NCBI GenBank assembly: GCA_035084275.1
Contig: CM068761.1
Location: forward strand, 8,680,001 to 8,744,000
Origin: Hydrolagus colliei
Taxonomy: Eukaryota
DNA length: 64,000 nt
Reading direction: 5' to 3'
Part shown: in pieces, positions 34,196-45,216 of the stretch
How positions within the stretch are numbered: the first letter of the stretch is position 1
How the letters are laid out: the number at the start of each line of letters is the position of its first letter
Notes under the pieces: generated by a model
Told to the model about the DNA's origin: nothing
Seen by the model: only the letters and a program-made list of their open reading frames with translations
Databases searched by the model: none
Program-made: the position numbers and the translations under genes

Positions 34196-35937
34196 ATCTC
34201 CTGGGTTTGCCTAAGTTTCCAGCATTCTGCTCCATATAGGAGCGACTTTCAGCCCTCGCGTTAATGCACATTCATTATAATATGGAAATCGATATTGGTA
34301 GAGCGGTTGACGTATTCGCTTCAAAGCGACCGAGGCATCTCGAATACGGAACGCTATTAAATAATTAATTTCCCCTCCCTTATTTTTTCAAGTATTTTTT
34401 CGTCAGATCAGTATTGCTTGATGGGTCACTTCCTTTAATTTTGATTCTAAATAAATAAAAACTAACTACACTATTGCTCACAGTTCAACGATATTTTCAG
34501 GATAATGCTGATAACAGGCTTGTAAAACGTGTGAATTAACTGTTTTACACTGATTTTCAGTTTCTGTATATTTTCTTGTCTTTTATAAAATTTGCTTTGC
34601 TGGAATTTCTGAGCACATCATTCATACTTTACTCTTACATTATTTTTCATTACAGTCCGAAAGAAATTTAGTCTTAGGATAACAATGCAGAACAACTTAT
34701 TAATTACCGTCAATCTGTAGTTTATGATCATTTTCTCTATACGCCTACATTTATCAAGCATTCGTCATTGTACTGTGTTAATTGGATTGTAATTTACTTT
34801 ATCGTTCGCATTCCTTACATCATCGAGTCAACAATCGTGTTTGCTTTTATCGGCGAACACAATCGAACTTCCCAATTAGACACGGACTACCGAGGAAAAT
34901 AAAAACACTGAATAAATAATGATGCTCTTAAACACCAAGGGCATAAATACCGTTCATATTAGATCTTCTGAATCGATTAAATAAGACCTCAAACTGTGTA
35001 AAACGTCGGAACCTCGAGGGGGCTTCAGGGGCAGCCCCCAAGCCCCCGGCCATTGTTGGTCCCATCACTAGCAATTCGCACCCCCCCAAAAAAAATCCTG
35101 CGTACGGCCCTGCTGATATGCCACACCTGACCTTGTAGATGACTGCAGAGAAAGTCACACATTATAGCTGGTGCCAGGCTGCCACAAACTCCATATACTG
35201 AAAATTGTTTTTTTAAAATATATACTGTAAATTGTTCAAATCACCTTCCGCCAGGTATCAGCCCTCGCCCTATCTCTGACACTGGGATTCTCGTTACTAC
35301 GCTATGCCGCACTGCAGACTTGATCTGGTTTTATTTAGCAGAATACGAGCTCGTTTCATAACAGCAAGATTCTAAAGGAACATTTCCCTCAAGAAACTTC
35401 ATAAACGCTGAATGGAGCCATGTATCCATTGAATTAGCCTGGAGCAAAGCTCCGTGCTTAAAGATAGATATTCGTGATATATCATTCATACAGTGTTTGT
35501 CCTGTTCGAAGGTTAACGCCACAAATGACGGATGCCCAGGCCTTGGATGTAGTCAATCTGTACCTAACACATTCCAGAATACGGCGGTTTGAAATGGAAA
35601 GACGGCCCTGGAAATTTCCTTACGAACGTGTCACCAATATATCACTGATAAATTATTACCTCATATTATTCGACATTGATTTGTTAAATCTGATCACCTT
35701 TGAAGAGTTGCAGAGTGAGTGCCATCTGCTATTTCTCACCCCCTACACCCCACCTCCACACACACACGCAATAAATATCGATACGGGTTTGTTTTGGTTT
35801 TGTGCTGCTTATTTCTTGTTTCGAAACAGAGATTTTCTTGAAGAAACTAATGGAAGGAAAAGTATAGGTTTGAGTTAATGTTTTGAACGAGTATCGAGAA
35901 ATCCTACTTCGCAGAACATATTGTGAATATATCGTAG

Positions 35938-36195
35938 AGTACTGTAGCTCAGTGGATAGAGCACTCGCCTTACAAGCAAGAGACCTGGGTTCAATTCCGG
36001 TTCGGGTGAAACTTTGGCTTACTCCACATGCCTCATAATAATCCCTCCAAAAACAAAATGATAATTCGGTCACTCAATTCACGACCGTTTTTGGGACACT
36101 GCTTTGCACAAATGGCTGCCACGGTTCACCCACAAATATACAATTAATTCACTTTACAGTACTGTACAATATGTGAAGCGCTTTGAAATGTCTAG
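35938..36195 (+). mobile_element. tRNA(Val-TAC)-like SINE
   Basis: gtagctcagtggatagagcactcgccttacaagcaagagacctgggttcaattcc, followed by SINE body and L2-like tail. Confidence 0.75.
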
Positions 36196-36745
36196 ACTCT
36201 AGAAGAGAGTGAGTTGAGGTTGTATTGAGTGGAAAGTTTTGCACTTTGGTAAATTGCTAAATTTCGAATCTAATGTCGGATAATACTGGATACTAATGTT
36301 CCCTTCTGAATTTGGAAAGCAACCTGCTAGTAAATATATTTGTAATGAATGTTGGCTTCACCATGTTTAACTAAATCACTGTGAATTAGACTGCCTCTGC
36401 CTCATATTGCTCCATAATCGTGGAGACTTTTGGACAAACATTATCCATTGGAAGCCTATATTTTCCCCCAATCTGACGCCATGCTTTGGAACTGCATTAC
36501 ACAATCCCTTCGTCTTGCTCCCTCCCTTGCATCCTTCAAGTGTGGTCTTCTCTTGTCAACTGTGCATTAAGATGGCCACCTACTTCTCTGCCCTTCTTCA
36601 TACCAAACCTGCCTGCCCCATCCCCATGCAACACACTCAGATCCTGACTTAAATCTGATCTTCTGGACATGTTCCTGGCAGCTATATTGTGAAGTGATCG
36701 GGAACCGGAATTGTAAAAACAGATTTATGCTAGTCAAGCTGCCCA

Positions 36746-36862
36746 AAGCACCTTCGCATTCCAGTGCAGGAGGCACAATAACTGCCCTTTCATCTCTTCC
36801 CAGACCACTGTCCAAGGCTCCAAGCACAGTTTTTATGTGAGACAGCAATTTACATGTACATG
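36746..36862 (+). mobile_element. Penelope-like element fragment (GIY-YIG-proximal region)
   Basis: Translates STFAFQCRRHNNCPFISSQTTVQGSKHSFYVRQQFTCT. This resembles the CxxCP...QGPK..FQVRQRFTC motif of fish Penelope elements (recall only). Confidence 0.55.
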
Positions 36863-36869
36863 TACATGA

Positions 36870-37400
36870 GGGAACAAGGCAAAGGGATTGTGGGATGGAG
36901 TTGTAAAGTATTCGGGTAGAGAGACTGATGGCCCAGCCACTGATGGTAGGGCAGCTCAGGTGGGAGACATGCAGAGGACCAGAGCGTGCTGATCTGACAT
37001 AGTAGACAGATTGATAGAGTGTCAACAAGCTAGAGACGTAGGAAGGGGAAAGGAGGTTGAGGTCCTTGAAGGTGAGGAGAATAGCAACAACAAAATTATC
37101 GGAAGAATGGGGAGCCAGTGGAGCTGGTCAAGGGTGGGGTTGATGGGATGATGTAGCCTGGTGCTGGAGAGGACATGAGCTGCAGAGTTTTGGATGATCT
37201 GCAGCGTGTGGAAGGAAGAGTTGTGGAGGCTGGCAAGAAGGGAGTTGCCGTAGGTAAATCTAGAGATGACAAACACATGTGTCAGGGTTTTAGCTGCCTG
37301 AGGGGTGATGCAGGATGCAGACAAGCAATATTGTGGTGGTGGAAGGCGGTGCTAGTCATGGCATATTGTGGAGGTGATGGAAGGGTGTGCTGCTCACAAA
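36870..37400 (-). mobile_element. L2 fragment
   Basis: ORF 37022-37324 reads AKTLTHVFVISRFTYGNSLLASL...LQIIQNSAAHVL...LHWLPI. Confidence 0.8.
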
Positions 37401-37659
37401 TTCTCTATCAAGTGAGGATACATTTTGATACAACATAAAGTGTTGTTTCAGAAACCGATATTTAGGAAATCACTGTAATGCAATGCAGCAATATACGTTT
37501 AAGTAATTATCATATTATTCTTTGAAGTCGGAATCATTCTAAAGATTACAGCTGATGGCAACCCTGTGACGTGAGGCTACCTCACCTCATAACCCAACAA
37601 TCGCTGCAATCACAGGAAAGATTGGTTGTTCTATTAATTCATAGCAATCGCAGAATCCT

Positions 37660-37910
37660 ATCAATATATTTCTAGTACAATTTGTGTGGCTATCCCATAT
37701 GACTCAATGGAAAAAATAAAGAACTGGGGAAGATGAGGGAAATATATTGATCTGCAAACTGAATGTGCAAGGTTTCTAAAACAATACCGACTTGTTCAGG
37801 TATTATTCTGTGGCTTTAAGCATCTCGTGTGTAAACACCTGGAAGTATTTGCATTGATACCACTTTTCTTAGACTCAGTTCAATTTTGCAATATTATTGA
37901 ATGTTTTCAT
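37660..37910 (+). mobile_element. Decayed REL-endonuclease (R4/Dong-like) non-LTR fragment
   Basis: VAIP...KYIDLQ motif. The paralogue at 60960-61110 reads CNIIDVAIP...KYIDLQ...PTIIGAT. Confidence 0.5.
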
Positions 37911-38516
37911 TCAGAATTTTTGGTGAAAAATTGTAACAGGAAACAAAGAATGCATATAACATTATGCAACTTATGGCATGTATTATTTTTATGAATGTGC
38001 CTCAGTATTTATTTAACCTCTTCTTTGATTGGTATCCAAACCCATTCATGAGAAGCAATCTGTATGAATACATGTGTAAAGGGCGCTATATAGATGTAAG
38101 TTGTTGTTGTTCCTTTTTATCAACGTTATGACCAAATTTGGCAGTTAGACTATTTACACTCTCTTCTTGGTTGTATGGAAATTAAAAGAATCTACTGTCG
38201 TGATATGGCGTTGTCCTTCTGGGCTCTCTGTAGCTGTGGAGTGACCAACTCCTGATATGTTCAAGCCATGGACTCCTCAGCATACTCCTCAGCATCCTGT
38301 TGTAAAGTTGCCATGTAATGACATCAGCTCAGAAACCCTGAGCTCAAGATCGAGCTGCTTGAGGCATTTTATAGAATTATACAGCACAGGAAGAAGCCAT
38401 TCGGCACATCATGTCTGTGCCATTTCCTACACTCACGTGTAGGAAATGGTACACAAACCATCTCGGAGTTCCCACACGTCACACCTTGAGCAGGCTACTG
38501 GTCTCAGCTGCCCGGA

Positions 38517-41289
38517 CATAGATTCATAGAATTTTACGGCACAAAAGGAGGCCATTCGGCCCATCTAGTATGTGCCGGTTCTTTGAAAAGAGCAATTCAA
38601 TCCCACTGCCCTGCCCGCTCCCCATAGCCTAATAGACCTGTTCTCCCTAAATAAAGATCTAATTCCCTTTTAAAAGTTGATATCGAATCAGCCTCCACCA
38701 CCTTTTCAGGCAATGCATTCCAGATTCGAACAACTCGCTGAGTGAAAGAAATTCTCCTCAGCTCCCCTCTACTTCGCCTTGAAACTATTTTAAATCTGTG
38801 ACCACGAGTCACAGATTCGCCCACGAGTGGAAATAGTTTTTCTCTATTTGCCTTGTCGAAACCCCTCATCATCTTATAAAACTCTATTAGGTCTCCCCTC
38901 AATCTTCTCTGCTCCAGAGAGAATAACCCTAGCTTTTCTAGCCTCTCCTCATAGCTGAAGTCCCTCAATCCTGGCACCATCCTAGTAAATCTTCTTTGTA
39001 CCCTTTCCAATGCCTTCACATCCTTTCTGTAGTGTGGTGACCAGAAGTGAACACAGTATTCCAGCTGAGGCCTCACCAAAGTTTTGTAGAGGTTAGTCAG
39101 CACTTCCTGACTTTTGTACACTATACACCTATTTATAAAGCCTAGTATCCCATATGCCTTCTTAACAGCCTTGTCTACCTGTCCTGCCACCTTCAACGAG
39201 TCACTAACACAAATCCCCAGGTCTCTCTGTTCCATCACAGCATTTAAAATTGTACTATCTAGCCTATATTGCCTCCCTTCATTTCTTCTCCCAAAATGCA
39301 TCACCTCACACTTCTCTGCATTAAACTTCATCTGCCATGTGTCTGCCCACTTTACCAATTTGTCTATATCCTCTTGCAGATGGCTACTATCCTCCTCACT
39401 ATTTACTATTCTCCCTAACTTAGTGTCATCTGCAAACTTGGAAACTGTACTCCCTACACCCAAGTCCAGATCATTGATGTAGATTACAAAGAGCAATGGT
39501 CCCAAAACCGATCCCTGTGGCACACCACTGCACACTTCCGTCCAGTCTGAAAAACAGCCGCTCACTAAAATTCTCTGCTTTCTGTCTCGCAGCCAGTTGT
39601 GGATCCACTCTGCCACTGTCCCTTTTACGCCGTGGGCCTTTAATTTTCGAATAAGTCTCTCATGTGGCACTTTGTCAAATGCCTTTTGAAAGTCCATGTA
39701 AACTACATCAACTGCGCTACCATTATCCACCCATTCCTTTACCACATCAAAAAATTCTATCAGATTTGTAAGGCAAGATTTGCCTTTGACAAATCCATGT
39801 TGACTGTCCTTTATTAGCCTGTATCTTTCTAAGTGAAGATCTACCTTGCCCCTGATTATGGACTCTAGAAGTTTGCCCACTACCGACGTTAGACTGACTG
39901 ATCTGTAGTTACCAGGCTTGTCCTTCTGCCCCTTTTTATACAAGGGAGTAACATTAGCTATCCTCCAGTCCTCTGGCATGACCCCTGTGTCCAAGGAAGA
40001 TTGAAAGATCGTGGCCAGAGTCTCTGCTATTTGCTCCCGTGCCTCCCTTTGTACCCAAGGGTGCATCCCATCCGGACCAGTTGACTTATCCACCTTGAGC
40101 GACGTCAACATTTTTAGCACTTCCTCTCTGGTTATAATTATTCTATCCATTTCTCCTACCCTCTCCTCCAATACTATGGCATTGGCTGTATCCTTTTCGT
40201 TTGTGAAGACAGAGGCGAAGTACTCATTCAGTACATCAGCCATGCCCTCTGCCTCCACAATGAGATTTCCTCCTAGGTCCCTAATTGGCCCCACCCTATC
40301 CTTGACCAACCTTTTACTCTTAGTATGTTGCTAAAAAAATCTTAGGGTTCCCCTTAATCTTACTCGCTAATTGTTTCTCATGCAGTCTCTTTGCCCCTCT
40401 AACTTCCTTTTTTAGTTCTATCCTACACTTCCTATATTCTGCTTGGTTCCCTTCTGAATTTTGAGCCTGACAATTATCATACGCCTCTTTTTTTTGGTTT
40501 ATTTTGGCCCCGATTTCCTTAGTCATCCAGGGAGGTTTGGATGCCTTACATTTCACCTTTGTGGGGATGCTTTTGACCTGTGCCTGAACTATCTCCTCTT
40601 TGAACGCTGCCCACTGCTTGTTAGTCGTCTTACCTGCCAATTTTGCTTTCCAATCCACCTTGGCTAGGTCCCACCTCACATCATTGAAATTAGCCGTTTT
40701 CCAGTTGAGTGTCCTCACCTGTGATCGTTCCTTATCCCTTTCCATAATTATTCTGAATCTAACGATATTGTGGTCACTATTCCCTAGTTGCTCACCTACA
40801 GAAAACCTGTTGAACTTGCCCTACCTCATTTCCCAAAACTAGATCCAGCAATGCTTCTTTCCTCGTCGGACTGGAAACATACTGATCAAGAAAGTTGTCC
40901 TGCACACACTTCAGGAATTCTTCTCCCTCCTTGCCCTTTACCCTACTATTCTGCCAGTTTATGTTGGGATAGTTGAAGTCACCCATTATCGCTACCCTAT
41001 TAGCTCTGCATTTCTCCGTGATACGCTTGCAGATCTGCTTGTCAATCTCCTCCCCACTATTTGGTGGTCTATAGTATACCCCTAATAGTGTAACTGCACC
41101 TTTTTTATTCCTCATTTCTAACCAGATAGATTCGGTTTTTAGTCCTTCTTCCACCTCGTTCCTTTCTAAGGCAGTCACTGAGTCCTTAACTAAAATTGCC
41201 ACCCCGCCCCCTTTTCTCCCTTCTCTATCCCTCCTGAATACCTTATAACCAGGAATGTTCAACTCCCATTCCCGCCCATGCTTGAGCAT
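38517..41289 (-). mobile_element. CR1 LINE, 5'-truncated, ORF2 disrupted
   Basis: Partial APE endonuclease (40792-41382 frame), linker (40320-40745) and a 570-aa RT ORF (38597-40309). Frameshifts occur near 40325 and 40795. The element has a GAATCTAT tail. Confidence 0.96.
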
Positions 41290-41399
41290 TCTTGCCCTGC
41301 CCTGCCCATACTCCCAACATGCTTGTATTGTTTTACTGCAACTATTATACATTTTATAATTGTGCATCTCTTTTCCCCTCAATCACAGATTTCTCACTC

Positions 41400-41752
41400 T
41401 CACCAAATTCCCTAACGGTATTCTCACTCTGTTCCACTTTCTTAGTTCCCTCCTCACTCTGTATCCTGTATTCACAGGCTTCAGGCTCTCTGCTCCCATA
41501 CTGTGGAATTCCATCCCACAGTCCCTTCACCTCTCTCCCTCCCTCTCCTCCTTCAAGGCCAGTCTCAAGACCTTCCTCTTCTACCGCCGTGCATTCTACT
41601 ACCCTTTCAACTCTCTGCCTCCCATCTTAACTGTCCCCTTCCCGTCCCGTCTGCCCTGCCCCTTACCCTTCCTTGGGTCCGTCCTGACAGTTCAGTGGCT
41701 TGGGACATCCTCCCAACGTGAAAGGCACTCTATAAATGTAATTTTGTTGTCG
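41400..41752 (+). mobile_element. L2 3' fragment
   Basis: FRLSAPILWNSIPQSLHLSPSLSSFKASLKTFLF, with a gtgaaaggcactctataaatgtaattttgttg tail. Confidence 0.8.
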
Positions 41753-42177
41753 TTCGTGAATGTTTGAGTAAAAATTCAAGCCTGCTTTATTGAAGTACAG
41801 AAAACGGTTCTCAAAGTTAAACATGAAGTAAGCAGGGTGACAATTTTTGAAAACTGTAACGTTTTACATTAACAGGATATATTTTGACCCATCTTGTATT
41901 TCTACCCAACCATTCAGACCAGCTATCGACAGAATCTGGGCAAGGAGCATAAGTATTCATCAAACATTCGATCTGTAGAGGGCGCTACCTCACAATAAGT
42001 AAAACAGTTTGCTCAGTATTCCAGAGGCAACAATTTTGAATGGATCAATTTCTAATTTATAGTGCTTCTTAAACCTACATATATTGTTTTTACTTGTAGT
42101 GACTGTTTTTGTAACCAAACACGGTAGTTGTTTGCAGCAGTAGAATCACACAACGAATCAAGAACAATAAAACTAAT

Positions 42178-42473
42178 TGGAGTCCTGTAGTTCAGTGGTT
42201 AGAACACTTGCCTAATAAGCGAGAGACCTGGGTTCGATTCGAGGCAGGGCAACACCTTGGGAAAGTTTCTTATTCCACATGGATAATAATAACCCCTCAG
42301 AAATTTTTATTCGCAATTCTATCCATGACGGTTTGTGGAACAGTGCCATGTGCAATTGGCTGTTGCGTTTCACCCACAAGCAAATATTCATCTTACAGCA
42401 TGTTCTGTGAAGCACTTTGAAATGTACAGAAGATGTGAAAAGCACTATATCAAGTGCAAGGATAATTATTATT
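42178..42473 (+). mobile_element. Full-length tRNA-derived SINE with TSD
   Basis: A box tagttcagtgg, B box ggttcgattc and an L2-like tail. actaat is duplicated at 42172-42177 and 42474-42479. The element is absent at the paralogous site ~55810. Confidence 0.85.
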
Positions 42474-43059
42474 ACTAATCTTATGTATGGTAGTTAGTCA
42501 GGACTCCATGAAAAATGTTCTTTTTCTTTTGAGTTAATGTAACAGACACATTGATGTCCACCTGAGGAAACAGCAACTTGGTTTAGTATCTTATTGAAGG
42601 AATGAAAGCTCTGGTAATGCACCAATATCCTCAACAATTGAGTGCATTGTTAGCCGTAATTTAGACTGTGAAAATCAAGACAGATGTTCAATTTGACATG
42701 CTATTGTATCATGTATTTATTGTAGATTATCATAATCGTTGTCAATAATGGGAATATGGATGTTACAATGGGTGTGCTTCATCACACTGCCAGCTTCCAA
42801 TACACCTCACCCCAAGCTGCCAAATCCTTTGTCCAATTCTTCAGGAATTGAGATTCGTGAGGTCTCATTTGAGGTGAGATGGCTTCAATGCAATGTACTT
42901 CAGATCATCAAATTCAGTTTACTCTTATGGCAGGTGCTTCACTGTAGTACAAGGCAATAATAATGACAGACAACAGCATTTATGCAACGGGTTTCATATA
43001 GTGATTTGTACCAAATTGGTAGACAGTCAAGAGGATGCAATCGAGCTGGGATTGGAATC

Positions 43060-43545
43060 AATGGGGATGGGGTGGATTGGTGACCAAGGCACTGTCAAAT
43101 CAAATGGCTTAAAATGAGCCTTCAAGCAGGAAAGGCCTCGCAAGGGAAAAATATTACTGGATGGTGTTCTCAATGGCGTGGCCAAAAAGGGTGAAAGTCC
43201 ATCTCCAGATAGTTAACAAAGTAGAGCCTGGACGTGATGAATGCATGAATTATTGTCTGGAGCAGTGTGAGTAGAGTGGCAGTGGTAGAGTTAGGCAATG
43301 TAGTGGAAGTGCAAGATATCGCAGATCGATTGATTACATAGATGAGGGGAAAAACGAATGATCAGGGTTGAACGTGACACTAAGGTTGGCTCTGTGAGGT
43401 GAAGAGTGTATCTGTCAAGATTGACTTTTTCAGAGCCTGAGGTGTGGAAGTGCTGATGGAAGTCAAGTCGGAGGGCTTCCACCCTATCAACATGGGAATG
43501 GAGAAAGTTGGTTGTCATCCAGGAATTGGACACTGAAACAGGATG
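43060..43545 (-). mobile_element. Old L2 fragment
   Basis: Inverted paralogue of 5046-5400. ORF 43291-43554 has WMTTNFL...VEAL...IRFSPHL similarity. Confidence 0.6.
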
Positions 43546-44851
43546 TAAAAACATTGAAGAAAATCGAGAAAGAGCTTATCACATGTTTATTTGTAAATCA
43601 ACTGCCCTACAAAATAAAGGTACAAGTAGAATGGGCTGACCGTCATACTTCTTACCCCACAATCACAAGTTGACTACGTGGAATAATTATGACCTATTAC
43701 CAAAATAATAGTAAGAAAACTGAAGACCTGGGTAAATCACCGACTGCAATGCAATCCTGGGGATTTTTAGAGGTGCGATCCTTTCACTTAGACTTCAAAA
43801 AAAATCTCATATGTTTGTTGATGTATATGTTAAGGATCACATGTAAATGAAGAAGAAAAGATCTGGTGTCCTGTCCTACAATTCCTCAAAATAAAATCAT
43901 CATTCACTTTAAGGCTGTTTGTAAGACGTTACCACACACAAGTTGACATCCACACGTGCATAACCAATATATATGATATATCTAGTGAGGCATCATGAAA
44001 CGTCCTCCGGAAATGAAAGGTACGATCTGAAACTATCATACTATCATCTATTTTTAAAATTTCTATCGCAGTACATGCAGGAGGTTTTCGACTTCATTCA
44101 CTTAATAGTTAGGATGAGAAATTGCTGTCTACTCAAACCTATATTTTCCCTTCCTCGAGTGTCTCTAGGAAAATCTCCCTACCCGAACAACTAATAAGTA
44201 TGACACCCGTGTCTACGGAAGCAAGCGAGGGAGCAAGGTAAATTAATTGTGGGTGGATTCCCAAACCATGGCTTCAGTGTGCCGGCAAATACAGACTTAC
44301 AGCTGTTGATGTTTCATCCTAGAATCTCCAGTACTATAGGGCAAAATGAGGCAGAGGCATTGGCACGTTATGGTTTATTCAACCCTGGTGAAGCCAATTT
44401 TCATTGCAAACATATTTAGTACGAGGTTATTTTCCAAGATTAGAAGAGAAATTCGTATCGGATATTATCTGACATTTGATTGGAAATTTCGCAATTTACC
44501 AAAGTGCAAAGCTTTCGCACAGTGCAGCCTCAACCCACTATTTCAGATGAAAGAAACAAAAATATAGTTAATCATAAAAGTAGGTGGGGAATGATATCTG
44601 ATCGCTGACCAGATTCCTGTGTGAGGATACTGAACTGATTCAATTAATATTTGGCGTCAGAAATCGTTAGTTAGTCATTTTTTAATTTAATACATGTGCC
44701 ACAAAGCAGTACTTCCAGACAGTCGTCCACAATATCTACTGGAACCTATATATTTCCTTCCACGAGTGTCCCCATGAAAATCTCCCTTTCGGAACAAGCA
44801 ATACGTATCCAAAAGTCAAAGCAAACAGCGTGGATGTCTATTTGTGTGTGT

Positions 44852-44907
44852 GGGGTGGGGGGGGGGGGGGGGGGCGGGGGGATGGGTGGGGGGGGGGGGG
44901 GGGGTGG
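44852..44907 (+). repeat. Poly-G tract
   Basis: Near-pure G run. The exact length may be affected by sequencing error. Confidence 0.8.
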
Positions 44908-45216
44908 TGAACAGCCGATCTGAGTCTCCTCAAAACTGATCAGATTTAATCAATCAATGTCCAATAATATAAAGTAATGATGTGTTTGTGGCACGTTGGC
45001 AATTTCCCTGTGACTGGAATGGAATTTCAGGCCCCTCTCTCCTCTGTCTTACCTTATTCTGGAGACTATTAGGCATAGATAATAATAATAATTCTTGCAT
45101 TTGACATAACGCATTTCACGTCTTCTATCCATCTTAAAGAGCTTCACGGAATAAACTGTACAGTGAATTAATCGTAGATTTGTAGGCAAAACGTGGCAAT
45201 CAATTGCGCATAGCAA

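Larger units (their letters stand above)
32477..35112. mobile_element. Non-autonomous TIR DNA transposon (family 2), copy 2, with nested sequences
   Basis: Same termini as 24858-26334. ctgatat is duplicated at 32470-32476 and 35113-35119. The empty paralogous site (reverse complement) is near 48655-48670. Confidence 0.9.
32070..36600. repeat. Upstream region of cluster 3, inverted paralogue of ~44150-49050
   Basis: 36200-36440 matches the reverse complement of 44330-44550. 35750-35880 matches the reverse complement of 44730-44860. The 32200-32476 and 35113-35145 flanks match the reverse complement of 48630-48910. Confidence 0.8.
36870..44050. repeat. Plus-oriented downstream-of-C spacer paralogue
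   Basis: 37400-37670 matches 54940-55220, 41756-43600 matches 55383-57000, and 43700-44010 matches the reverse complement of 3090-3400. Confidence 0.8.

Noticed and set aside
35938-36010. tRNA-Val(TAC)-like sequence as a real tRNA gene (also 232-305, 27560-27630, 29312-29375, 42180-42250)
   Set aside because: There is no pairing acceptor stem, and each copy continues into a shared SINE body and L2-like tail.
38597-40309. 570-aa RT ORF as an active retroelement or host gene
   Set aside because: The element is 5'-truncated, and the ORF is separated from its endonuclease by frameshifts.
44852-44907. Poly-G tract as a functional G-quadruplex element
   Set aside because: The paralogous site near 35740 has only short C runs, so this is likely slippage or a homopolymer artefact.
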